57,922 nt of DNA from Promethearchaeota archaeon (GCA_048938025.1 JBHLMP010000019.1:1-57922), one strand, 5' to 3'. Shown: positions 10,821-20,230, numbered from the stretch's first letter. Numbers and translations are program-made. Notes: a model not told the origin generated them from the sequence alone.

Positions 10821-10953
10821 AAGAATTATCACGTTGAAATGTTATTATATGTTACTATCATTAAAAACATATAAACAAAATAAAGTTTAGAAAAACAATT
10901 CTAACTTCTGAATATTATATAGTTTTACTAAAAAACAAGAATTTAAAAAAGAG

Positions 10954-12117
10954 TTAAATTCCAACTACACTTATGGGCACAGAATCATTATCTGCATCTA
11001 TAGCTGCTTTCACATAGGGAGAAACTGGTCCATTTGCCACAACCATTATTTTTATCTTTGAGCCTAAGGCTGCATCCATACTTGTTCCAAATTTTAACTG
11101 AGCACTCTTAGGGATTTCATTTGAAATAGTCGAAATGACTTTATCTACTTTATCTAAAGATAAAGTATGATCACCTGTTACCGAAACTAAGCATCTCTTA
11201 ACTTGACTAGGATCTGGCTTCAAAAGTGGACTATTTAAAGCTAATTTTGACTTTTCAATTAAATCTGATTCATCTCCTAAAGATTCAGCTATTCCGATTA
11301 ACCCAGAAGGATATTTTTCTTTCCGTTCAAACACTCTTTTCACATCTGCGAAATCTATATTTACTAACCCACAATTATTAATTAAGTTCACAACTTCACC
11401 GATATTTCTTATTAACACTTCATCCATTATTTTAAAACCTGTAATCATAGGGATCTTTCCTACAATATGTAATAGATTATCGTTAGGGATTGTAATTAAT
11501 GTGTCAGAATGCTCTGCTAAATTTTTAAGACCAGAATTGGCTCTAATTAATCTTTGATCACCTTCAGATTTAAACGGAAGTGAACAGAATGTGACAACTA
11601 TACAATTATTTTTTTTTGCTTCTTGTGCTATAATAGGAGCTGCTCCTGTACCTGTCCCCCCACCTAAACCACAGGTTAGGAAGATAATATCAGCATTCAA
11701 TATTTTACGAATTCTTTCACGATCTTCTTCTGCAGCTTCAGCTCCAACGGAAGGATCATTTCCAGAACCTAATCCATTACATCTTTCTTTTCCAATTAAA
11801 ATTTTATGTTTTGCATTTGAATAGTATAAATCGTGAGCATCAGTATTAATATTTAGTGTTTCAGCATCGCTAATACCCATATCCTCTAATCGGGAAACCG
11901 TGTTGTTTCCAGCCCCCCCAACACCAACAACCATGGATTTAATCCTTAAAACCTTTACTAAGTCCGAAAGAAACTTATCGTCATCACAGATATTATCAGG
12001 ATTTGCATTTTGTTTATGAAAATTTTTTATTTCATTAAATCTTGACCTTACAGATAAACGATTTTGTGCTAAATCTGTTAAATCAAGTTGTTCCTCATCT
12101 GCCAATTTCATCAGCAT
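10954..12117 (-). CDS. ftsZ: Cell division GTPase FtsZ homologue
   Basis: GVGGAGNN, NTD, GLGSG, GLGGGTGTGAAP, PF..EG..R and T7 loop GLVNIDFADV. Confidence 0.95.
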   Translation of the reverse strand: MLMKLADEEQLDLTDLAQNRLSVRSRFNEIKNFHKQNANPDNICDDDKFLSDLVKVLRIKSMVVGVGGAGNNTVSRLEDMGISDAETLNINTDAHDLYYSNAKHKILIGKERCNGLGSGNDPSVGAEAAEEDRERIRKILNADIIFLTCGLGGGTGTGAAPIIAQEAKKNNCIVVTFCSLPFKSEGDQRLIRANSGLKNLAEHSDTLITIPNDNLLHIVGKIPMITGFKIMDEVLIRNIGEVVNLINNCGLVNIDFADVKRVFERKEKYPSGLIGIAESLGDESDLIEKSKLALNSPLLKPDPSQVKRCLVSVTGDHTLSLDKVDKVISTISNEIPKSAQLKFGTSMDAALGSKIKIMVVANGPVSPYVKAAIDADNDSVPISVVGI

Positions 12118-12389
12118 AAACCAAAGTTATTATAATACGAGAAAAATATTAGAATAATATATGATAGTAATACTTACATAATATGACAAATAGCCTCCCA
12201 AACTCTTATTAAATTACATTTTCACAATATTTTAATACAATATAATCATCAAATCAAAAAATCTGAAAAAACTAGTCGTAGTTTAATTATTTATAATCTT
12301 AATGTTCGTGTGAAATAAATGACATACCTTATTAAAAGAAAATTTATAAGTCTGAATTTTCATGAATATAGTGTTAAGGGTTTTAAAAT

Positions 12390-12632
12390 ATGGAAATTGA
12401 TAGATATTCTGAAAGTGATAAAAAAGCTGTAAGTAGCTCGGATCTGAAAGATGATTTGATCCAAGTTAGAGCTATTATCAGTTGCCCTACTTGTGATTAT
12501 AAGAAGAAATTTAAAAATCAGTTTCCACGAAGTCAAATGGAACTTTTCGTAGTCTCCGCTAAAGTATTCGACTTTATGACTTGCTCTAGATGTGGAAATT
12601 TACTTAAATTAGAGTTAGAATTCAATGTTTAA
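12390..12632 (+). CDS. Small zinc-ribbon protein
   Basis: CPTC...CSRC in 80 aa; divergent from ftsZ. Confidence 0.7.
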   Translation: MEIDRYSESDKKAVSSSDLKDDLIQVRAIISCPTCDYKKKFKNQFPRSQMELFVVSAKVFDFMTCSRCGNLLKLELEFNV

Positions 12633-12688
12633 TTATTAAAAATCCTTACCTGATTTTTTTTTTGAACTGATAAGTAAAATTTTTATAA

Positions 12689-13999
12689 TTATACTTCAAG
12701 TTTTATTTGACCGTAAGTACCTCCTCCTCCAGGAGTATACTCAATCTCATTATTTCTAAGTGCTTTTATTAGAGAAGCAATATTTTTATCGAAATTATCA
12801 ATTTTATTGATTGGTACATTGATTAAAATTTCAAATTCATTGCCAAGTTCATTAATTATTTTATTGTATTCATTTAAAACTGATTTACTTGTTGTGCTCT
12901 TTATTTTTTTAATGGAACGGATGATATCTATTAATGGAACAGCATTTATGTAATTAGGTCTATGATCTGGATGAATAGGTTTCTCATATGTCGAAATAAC
13001 ATCAATTCTTTCACTTACACCTAATTTTACTTTAAAATTTTTAGCTAATGCTTCTTTACAGGCGGGACAAACCATTCTATTTTTTGCTGCTTGCTCAATA
13101 TATTGATTTTTAGCTGCCTGTGGATTATTTGTGAAAATTGTTATGAAATTTTCTGTAATTGAATATTGATTAAATACATTCTGAACATTTTTTTTTGTTT
13201 TCCTAAATAGGATTCTCCTTCTACACTTATTGCAGAACATATTATAGTATTTTCCAAGCTTAGGATGTAGCCCTACATTTAATATAATCTTTCTATTTTC
13301 TTTTCTTTTAATTGCTAATAATATTTCTTCAAAAGAGGGTTTATCAATATCAAATTTATTAAATTCTCTACCTAAAGATCGAGGATCTTGTGAATGGGCA
13401 TCGCTATTACTTAAAAAGCTCACATTTTTTAAGCATTCTAACCTATCTGCAAGATCAGTATTAGCAGATAATCCTAATTCTATAAAAAATACTTTTTTGT
13501 ATGCATCTTGATAACAATCCTTAAGAGTATCAAATTTATTCTGCCGAAATATTGCTTTAAAAGGAGTAAAAGCATGTGCAGGACCGATTAAAGCCCCTTC
13601 TTCCGATATAATTTCAACCAATTCTGCGGGGGATAAATTAACCCTTGGGCGGCCTCCCCATTGATTTAAAATATTTTTCGAATAAGGTGCTAGTTTCTTT
13701 TGAATTTTCCTTACCATATCAAAACTTTCAAAAAAAACAACTTCATGAACACTTTCTTGATCTTCTATTTCTGTTTGAAGGATAAAATATACATCCTTAT
13801 AAGAATATGCCCCCTCCTTATTCTTTTCTAAATTTTGTTCCAAGTGATTTAACCAATCTGGCTGCAAGACGTCTCCTGTTCCTAAAATATTTAATCCTTT
13901 TTTTCTACAAGTTTTAACCATTGTATCTAAGCTTAATGATTTTGAGACTCCAATTGAATGTGGGGAATGAATATGTAAATCAGCGTTGTATATCTTCAT
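12689..13999 (-). CDS. Endonuclease Q family protein (PHP domain plus Zn finger)
   Basis: DLHIHS, GTGD, PAHAFTP, ELGLSA, NSDAHS, LGREFN, GKYY..C..C and PGGGGTYG. Confidence 0.9.
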   Translation of the reverse strand: MKIYNADLHIHSPHSIGVSKSLSLDTMVKTCRKKGLNILGTGDVLQPDWLNHLEQNLEKNKEGAYSYKDVYFILQTEIEDQESVHEVVFFESFDMVRKIQKKLAPYSKNILNQWGGRPRVNLSPAELVEIISEEGALIGPAHAFTPFKAIFRQNKFDTLKDCYQDAYKKVFFIELGLSANTDLADRLECLKNVSFLSNSDAHSQDPRSLGREFNKFDIDKPSFEEILLAIKRKENRKIILNVGLHPKLGKYYNMFCNKCRRRILFRKTKKNVQNVFNQYSITENFITIFTNNPQAAKNQYIEQAAKNRMVCPACKEALAKNFKVKLGVSERIDVISTYEKPIHPDHRPNYINAVPLIDIIRSIKKIKSTTSKSVLNEYNKIINELGNEFEILINVPINKIDNFDKNIASLIKALRNNEIEYTPGGGGTYGQIKLEV

Positions 14000-14019
14000 T
14001 GAAATATCTAGATTTTTAA

Positions 14020-15060
14020 TTATTTTATAATTAACATTTTATCATTAATTTGATCAGTTAATAATATCCGAAAATATTCTTCTTCATCTTGAAAATTAAC
14101 TTTCTCTAGTTTTCCCTCAACTAAAACAGTTTCACCATCTTTAGCCTGTTCACAAAATCGACCTCTAAATGAATCTATTTCATTAATATTTCTAAAATTA
14201 ATCTCATTGGAAATAAGTTGATTATCTAATACTTTCAAACATTTGATTTTATAAGAGCAAGGAGTAAAAATTGCATCTTTTGATTCTGTAATTTTTGCTT
14301 TTACCTTAAGCCTGCCATAATTCTTATATCTATAATCATAATAGCTTCCTTTCCAATCTTCAGGACTTTTTATATATCTTATAAAAAAGTCAATTCCCTG
14401 AAATTTTCCTTGATGTAGCTTTCTTTTTTCACTTCTCATGAAATCTTCAAAAGAGATACCTGATCCTCCAAATCTCCAATTATAATGAGTTCTAAATTCT
14501 TCTAAAGTATACGTTCTACATTTCTTTGATTCAATTAATATCTTTTTTAGTCTTTCTTGGAATTTCAAGCTCGTTTTAGTGCCATAAACTATAATATCTA
14601 TATCAGAATCCTCCTTATTCAATCCAACCATAGTAGAGCCAGAAATTCCTATTGAATTATCAGGAATTTCTCCTCTTGTAATGAAAAAATTACATAATTC
14701 TCTTGACTTCTTCTCATTATGATTTAATATCACTTTTTCTTTCAAAACTTTGAAGAAATGTCTGGGGGTGTATATATGCTTAATCTTATCATTTTCTACT
14801 CCTTGTAGTTCTAAATCCTGTTCCCTGGAAAAGAAAAGATAATTAGGGAATTTCTCTCTTAAAATTGAATATCTTTCATTAATATTATAGACTTTTTTAA
14901 AATGTATACCACTTTTTATCCTATCTCCCTCAGGATGTGGATAAAATCTTAAAAAACAGATTTTTCTGTCCTCAGGATGAGCTAAACCTTTAACATCAAA
15001 AAATAAATTATCTTTTTTTGTTTCTATATAATCTCCTTCAATAGGATCAACAATCCTCAT
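14020..15060 (-). CDS. Archaeal predicted nucleotidyltransferase
   Basis: EGDYIET...FDVKG..HP, GISGS...SDIDIIVYG and SFRGRFCEQA...GKLE. Confidence 0.8.
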   Translation of the reverse strand: MRIVDPIEGDYIETKKDNLFFDVKGLAHPEDRKICFLRFYPHPEGDRIKSGIHFKKVYNINERYSILREKFPNYLFFSREQDLELQGVENDKIKHIYTPRHFFKVLKEKVILNHNEKKSRELCNFFITRGEIPDNSIGISGSTMVGLNKEDSDIDIIVYGTKTSLKFQERLKKILIESKKCRTYTLEEFRTHYNWRFGGSGISFEDFMRSEKRKLHQGKFQGIDFFIRYIKSPEDWKGSYYDYRYKNYGRLKVKAKITESKDAIFTPCSYKIKCLKVLDNQLISNEINFRNINEIDSFRGRFCEQAKDGETVLVEGKLEKVNFQDEEEYFRILLTDQINDKMLIIK

Positions 15061-15080
15061 GAAATTCACTATATTTGTAA

Positions 15081-16118
15081 TTAATATTTTGAGGGTGTTT
15101 TTGTTTTAATATACGAAGGAGTTTTTGTTTTAATTGAAGGCTTTTTAGATTTAATTCTTTTTAGCTCTCTTTCAAATTCCTTTTTTTCATTTAGAAATCT
15201 CTCCTTATCTCTTTCTAACTTTTCTCTTTCCCGTTTTATCGTGCTTTTCTCATTACTTATCGTTGATTTTTCTTTTTCCAATTTTTTATTCTCGTTAATT
15301 AGTCTTCTAAGTTTTTCCTCTTGATCAGTAATTTTGCGTGTTAATGAGTAATATTGATCTTCTGCTTGAGGAACCTTTCTATTTAATTCTTTTAATCTTG
15401 CTTCCTGTTCCCCTTTTTTCCTTTCCAATGCGTTTATATCTCTTTCTACTTTATCCCTATACTTTTTCAGATCTACTTTTTTCTTATCAATTTCACGAGC
15501 TTTTAGATTTGAATCTTTTATTCTATGACGAGCTTTTTCTCTATCATCTTTCAGTTTTTGTTTTTCATCAGAAATTCGATTTTTTTCATCTGAAATCTCT
15601 CTCCTAAAGTTATCAATTTCTGTATTTAAATTATCCCTTTCTTTAGTTAAAGGCTTAATTTCATTCCTTAAATCCATTAATTTATCCTCTAAATCGTTAA
15701 TAGTTCTCTTTAAAGCACTTTCTCTTCTTTCCATGCCAGGTATTTTTGTTTTTATTCGTTTAATCCTTTCAAGATCATCTTGAATTCTTTTTAATTCTCT
15801 TTGTTCCTCATCCAAATGATGTTTTTTATCATCAATATCATTTTGTAAGTTAGTTATTTCATCTCTTAATTCATCACGGTTATTAGTTAGATTTCTTATC
15901 TCTAATTCAGAACGTTTTCTTTTCCTCTCAAGCTCTTTTATATTGTCATTATATCCTTCTATTTGTTTGAGAACATTTTCCCATTCATTCTTTTCTTTAC
16001 TTAACTTCTTTCTCTCTTCTCTAATTTTATTTAACAATTTCTTATCAGGTGTTAATTCTAAATAATCATCTGGTGCTTTTTCATGAATTTCATACTTAGG
16101 AGGTGTTTTATCTTTCAT
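15081..16118 (-). CDS. Long coiled-coil protein with KTP-containing head and tail
   Basis: About 290 aa of K/E/R-rich heptads; MKDKTPPKY start and (IKTKTPS)x2 end. Confidence 0.8.
   Translation of the reverse strand: MKDKTPPKYEIHEKAPDDYLELTPDKKLLNKIREERKKLSKEKNEWENVLKQIEGYNDNIKELERKRKRSELEIRNLTNNRDELRDEITNLQNDIDDKKHHLDEEQRELKRIQDDLERIKRIKTKIPGMERRESALKRTINDLEDKLMDLRNEIKPLTKERDNLNTEIDNFRREISDEKNRISDEKQKLKDDREKARHRIKDSNLKAREIDKKKVDLKKYRDKVERDINALERKKGEQEARLKELNRKVPQAEDQYYSLTRKITDQEEKLRRLINENKKLEKEKSTISNEKSTIKREREKLERDKERFLNEKKEFERELKRIKSKKPSIKTKTPSYIKTKTPSKY
15091..15134 (-). repeat. 24-bp-period tandem repeat encoding IKTKTPS twice
   Basis: GAGGGTGTTTTTGTTTTAAT (15091-15110) and GAAGGAGTTTTTGTTTTAAT (15115-15134). 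Confidence 0.8.
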
Positions 16119-16314
16119 ATTTATTCATTTTTCGTAAGGCTATATTTATTAAACTTAAGATGGGTTGATTAATTATAATTTTAATGTATTCTTACAAGAT
16201 AATTTATTAAAATCTATTTATATAGTATAATTACTATTATTTATATAAAATCATTCCAAATTTATAGTAAAAATAGATTCTAATTTAAAATCAACATTTT
16301 TAAAGGGAAAGGAA

Positions 16315-16698
16315 ATGGAACATGATGAAGAATTTGATGAGGATTTAGATGAGGAATTAGAATTTGATGAAGAATTAGAAGAGCCAAATTCTAAAACACC
16401 AGCAAAAGAAGTTACATCTAAAACTCCTATTACAAAAACTATACCAGAAGGAAAAAAGATTTCAGTATATTTTATGTCGACTATAGGACCAGGTGAGAAA
16501 AAACAGAAATTACTTGTAAATACAGGAAACAGTGTTGGAGATATTAAAGAAACTATAGCAAACCTATTTGGTTTAGATCCTGCTGATTTTCATTTATCTT
16601 CAGGTGGAGTTACAATGGATGAGAGTTCAACTTTAAATGATTATAACGTAGCTGATGGTGATGACATCCTTTTAATTCCAGCAAGTACTGCTGGTTAA
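16315..16698 (+). CDS. Ubiquitin-like modifier, paralogue 1 (acidic N-terminal arm, C-terminal STAG)
   Basis: Beta-grasp pattern SVGDIKETI...GVTMDESSTLNDYNVADGDDILLI resembles ubiquitin GKQLEDGRTLSDYNI; ends in Gly. Confidence 0.88.
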   Translation: MEHDEEFDEDLDEELEFDEELEEPNSKTPAKEVTSKTPITKTIPEGKKISVYFMSTIGPGEKKQKLLVNTGNSVGDIKETIANLFGLDPADFHLSSGGVTMDESSTLNDYNVADGDDILLIPASTAG

Positions 16699-16745
16699 AT
16701 CTATAAGAGAAAAATAAATATATCAAAAAATAAGATCCTCTTTTT

Positions 16746-17540
16746 TTAATCTTTTTTATTTCTTGAGGGAATCAGAGCGATTTCTTCATCATCATCAATA
16801 TCATAATCTTTTATTTGTGAGTTTTCATGTAATAATATCCCTCCAGAGGATAGAAGAAAATCTCCAAGATCATAATCAAATAAGATTCCTATTCTTTCTT
16901 TAACTATACTAATTAGTTCCATTTTATTGATTATAATTATATTTGTTTTTTCACCTGGCTCGACTAAAGATCTTACATAAACACGGATCTGATCTCTCAA
17001 TTCAATAGGATTTAAAGGGGGTGTATATAATATCTCCTCATCAGTTCTATCCCCGTTTTTCAATATATTTTCAATTAACATTTTTCTTTCTTTAGCATTA
17101 AAATATATCATTTCCCTGATAAACAAGATCTTATCTATTTTTGATAGCCTTAGAAGGTTTATTTTGTTTATTTCTTCCATACTAAATAATGAAAAAATAA
17201 ATCTGTTAATCATCTCCATATCTTTATAGGATTCATCTGATTCGACATAATCTTTTATTGAAGGCATTGTTTCAATATAATCTTCAATAATATCTATAGC
17301 TTTCTTCTTAATTACCTTTGGTTTTGCAAAATCTTTTTTTTCTTTTATTCTTTCATCTTGGATACTTTTAGATTGTATAACTGTATAGATGGTACTAGTG
17401 GATAGCACAGCAACACTACCAATAGTTAGAAAGAGAAATAAAGGAATACTTTCTATACGAAATAGGAAAAAAAGAATATAAACCAAAATAAAAAAACAAT
17501 AAAGAGTTATAACAATTAAAATATTATAATTTTTCTTCAT
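16746..17540 (-). CDS. Membrane-anchored protein with a C-terminal ubiquitin-like domain lacking terminal Gly
   Basis: Two N-terminal TM helices; last about 80 aa align with the neighbouring Ubls (PGEK, F.LSSGG, ENSQIKDYDI, LIP) but end SRNKKD. Confidence 0.8.
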   Translation of the reverse strand: MKKNYNILIVITLYCFFILVYILFFLFRIESIPLFLFLTIGSVAVLSTSTIYTVIQSKSIQDERIKEKKDFAKPKVIKKKAIDIIEDYIETMPSIKDYVESDESYKDMEMINRFIFSLFSMEEINKINLLRLSKIDKILFIREMIYFNAKERKMLIENILKNGDRTDEEILYTPPLNPIELRDQIRVYVRSLVEPGEKTNIIIINKMELISIVKERIGILFDYDLGDFLLSSGGILLHENSQIKDYDIDDDEEIALIPSRNKKD

Positions 17541-17637
17541 AATCTTTTAGCAAAGTTATTTTCTGAACTTCTAATATATAAGTTAAAATATAAATTCCAT
17601 TGGAATAAATTTGAAGTTTCTTTTATATTTATACACC

Positions 17638-18300
17638 TTAAATTAATCTTTTGATCTTAGAATATTTATCTAAGTCCAACTTAAATAAAATTCTATTTTT
17701 ATCTTTTTCAGTTTTTAGTAATTTCAGATTTTTTAAAATATTAACATATTTTTTAATAGTATTGTGATTTTTTTTTAATTTAGTTGCTATTTCTGTTATC
17801 CTAAATGCTTTATTTTCTTTCTTCATAAAATTAATTAATTTTTGAACGATACCTTTGTTTAAATAAAAGTAAAACTCGTCTAGTTCTGGATTTGAATCAA
17901 ATTTAAAGAAAATTCTATGATTGTTGATTTTTTTTGAACGTATAAATTGAAATTTTTCTAGACATGATAAATGCCATAAAATTTGATTACTTCCTATATT
18001 TAGAGCTTTCATTATTTCATTAATATTTGAGGGATTCCTTTTAATGTAATTAAAGATTTTATTTCTTTTTGGATGATCAATAATATTATTTTTCATCAAT
18101 CTAGTTCCGGGGATAATGACACGCCTTTTAATTAAATCTTTTAAGATTAACTCTATTGTATTTGCATTTATATTAGGATTATATCTTACCCTACTATTTA
18201 TAAATGGTATGATTTCTTTAATTGAGAAGAAAGTCTTTTTTGTTAAATACTCTCTTACTAATTCAAGAACAACAGATTCTGCACTATCCAGAATGCTCAT
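17638..18300 (-). CDS. Winged helix-turn-helix transcriptional regulator (tandem ArsR-like domains)
   Basis: R.KIFNYI..NP...EIMKAL...WHL..LEK and ITEIATKLKKNHNTIKKYV..L. Confidence 0.8.
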   Translation of the reverse strand: MSILDSAESVVLELVREYLTKKTFFSIKEIIPFINSRVRYNPNINANTIELILKDLIKRRVIIPGTRLMKNNIIDHPKRNKIFNYIKRNPSNINEIMKALNIGSNQILWHLSCLEKFQFIRSKKINNHRIFFKFDSNPELDEFYFYLNKGIVQKLINFMKKENKAFRITEIATKLKKNHNTIKKYVNILKNLKLLKTEKDKNRILFKLDLDKYSKIKRLI

Positions 18301-18582
18301 AAGCCTATACTTTCATTACGCTGATATATCTAGTTTTTATATTAAATATACTCTTTAGAGCAATATTTTATGCCTTATATATTAATAGATATTCATACAA
18401 TTTATAATATAATTTCTTAAGAAGATATAATAAGGTTCTTTTTATTTTTGATCAGATCTTGAAAAACTTCAAAATCATTCCAATGGGTTTTATAATATCT
18501 TTTTAATGCCATATTATCAAGTTTAAAAAAATGAAAAATTACAAAATTAAAAAAATAAAAAAAAAATATGGATGTGATGTAA

Positions 18583-18915
18583 ATGGGTTTTGATGAATTT
18601 GATGAGGATTTAGGAGGAGAAGAACCTGTAAAATCTAAAACTCCAGCAGCTAAAACTCCTTCAGCAGGAAAGAAATTAACTTTATATTTCATGTCAACTA
18701 TTGGTCCTGGTGAAAAGAAAGAAAAATTAATTGTGAATGATGGCAATCGTGTAAGTGATATTAAGCAAACGGTAGGAAATTTATTTGGACTTGATCCTAA
18801 TGAATTTCATTTATCATCTGGGGGAGTTACAATGGATGAAAATAGTCAATTAAGAGACTATAATGTAAGTGATGGAGACGATATTCTTTTGATCCCTGCG
18901 AGTACTGCTGGGTAA
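18583..18915 (+). CDS. Ubiquitin-like modifier, paralogue 2, first gene of the E1-E2-JAMM-E3 operon
   Basis: 65 of 82 residues identical to the paralogue 1 core by manual alignment; ends LIPASTAG. Confidence 0.9.
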   Translation: MGFDEFDEDLGGEEPVKSKTPAAKTPSAGKKLTLYFMSTIGPGEKKEKLIVNDGNRVSDIKQTVGNLFGLDPNEFHLSSGGVTMDENSQLRDYNVSDGDDILLIPASTAG

Positions 18916-18946
18916 ACTTATATAAAGTTCTTCACAAATTATAATA

Positions 18947-18984
18947 TGAGGGCATTAAGCCCTTCAATTTTTTTTTATTTTTTT
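18947..18984 (+). terminator. Hairpin plus T-tract between the Ubl and E1 genes
   Basis: AGGGC-ATTAA-GCCCT stem-loop (18949-18963) followed by T9 and a second T run. Confidence 0.55.
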
Positions 18985-18994
18985 ATAAATATTA

Positions 18995-20230
18995 ATGGTG
19001 TTAAAATTGGATAAGGATTCAGACTTTTTTGCAAAAGAATTATCAGTAAAAGAAAGAGATCTATATGATCGCCAGTTTCGTCTTGAGGGATGGTCCCAGA
19101 AATTGGTAAAAAACTCAAGAGTGTTAATTGTAGGTGTGGGGGGTTTAGGATGTGAAATTGCTAAAAACTTAGCTATGCTTGGTGTTGGTCACTTAGATCT
19201 CGTTGATTTAGATATTATTGAACATTCGAATTTGAACCGGCAAATTCTTTTTACAGAAGCGAAAATGGGAGAACCTAAAGCAATTGTTGCCACTAAAAAA
19301 CTAAGGCAAATTAATTCTAATATTATTATTAGAGGATATCATGCTTCACTAGAACGATTAGATCCTGCAATATATCAAGCAGCTGATGTTGTAATTGGGG
19401 GTCTTGATTCTATGAATGCACGACTTAACTTAAACGCTCAATGTATACGATTTAAAAAACCACTAGTAGATGGAGGAGTATCTGGTTATCATGGTCATAT
19501 ATACACTATCTTTCCCTATCAAAATGCTTGCTATGAATGCAATCCATTACCAGTAGGAGAAAGTGATGAAATGGCTGCTTGTACAGTGGTTGGAATTCCC
19601 CGAAAAAGGATTCATTGCCTTTTTAAAGGAGATATGGCATTTAAAGAAAAATTTGACAGAGATCCTAATCCAAAAGATATAAATGATATTAAATTCATTC
19701 AAAATGTTGCAAATGAATTAGTGAATAAACATAATTTCCTACCTGAATACACAGAAGATGATATTGTGAAACTAATTGATAGACATGACCCTGGAATAAT
19801 AACTATAAACGCAATTATTTCCGCTTTACAATCACATGAAGCGGTAAAAATTTTACACTGGAAAAAAGGTCACAGAGGATTAGGTGAGCCGGTTAAAAGT
19901 TATGTGATTTTCAATGCAATGACAATGAAATTTTACCATATTGAAAAACAGAGGAATCCTGAATGTGCTCAGTGTGGTAAACATGTCCGAAGAGTATCTA
20001 TAAAGTTGAGGGTTCAATCACCTTGTATAAATATAATTAAAGTATTAGAGAAGAATGGATATAAATTGGATCCTGATTCTGAGCCAATTCTCACCTTACT
20101 GGATTTCAATGATATCAAGATGGTAGATTTAGAAAAGAATCCAATTGAAAACGGTTTAAGAAATTATGAATTTCTGACAGCTGCAGGGTTTAAAGATGGA
20201 GAAATTTTTGTAACCTTAAAATTAAAATAG
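18995..20230 (+). CDS. Ubiquitin-activating enzyme E1 (ThiF family, Uba2/Uba3-like)
   Basis: YDRQ, GVGGLG, D.D.IEHSNLNRQ, CYEC...CAQC Zn pairs, catalytic ACTVVGIPR...HC and a C-terminal extension. Confidence 0.93.
   Translation: MVLKLDKDSDFFAKELSVKERDLYDRQFRLEGWSQKLVKNSRVLIVGVGGLGCEIAKNLAMLGVGHLDLVDLDIIEHSNLNRQILFTEAKMGEPKAIVATKKLRQINSNIIIRGYHASLERLDPAIYQAADVVIGGLDSMNARLNLNAQCIRFKKPLVDGGVSGYHGHIYTIFPYQNACYECNPLPVGESDEMAACTVVGIPRKRIHCLFKGDMAFKEKFDRDPNPKDINDIKFIQNVANELVNKHNFLPEYTEDDIVKLIDRHDPGIITINAIISALQSHEAVKILHWKKGHRGLGEPVKSYVIFNAMTMKFYHIEKQRNPECAQCGKHVRRVSIKLRVQSPCINIIKVLEKNGYKLDPDSEPILTLLDFNDIKMVDLEKNPIENGLRNYEFLTAAGFKDGEIFVTLKLK

Noticed and set aside
15081-16118. SMC/Rad50 or ESCRT-III assignment for the coiled-coil protein
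   Set aside because: No Walker motifs, hinge or Zn hook, and no Snf7-like basic-to-acidic organisation.
18583-20230. Ubl/E1 as a SAMP/MoaD-ThiS sulfur-carrier system
   Set aside because: E2, RING, JAMM and a eukaryote-type E1 catalytic Cys region are present, and the Ubl lacks the GG end.
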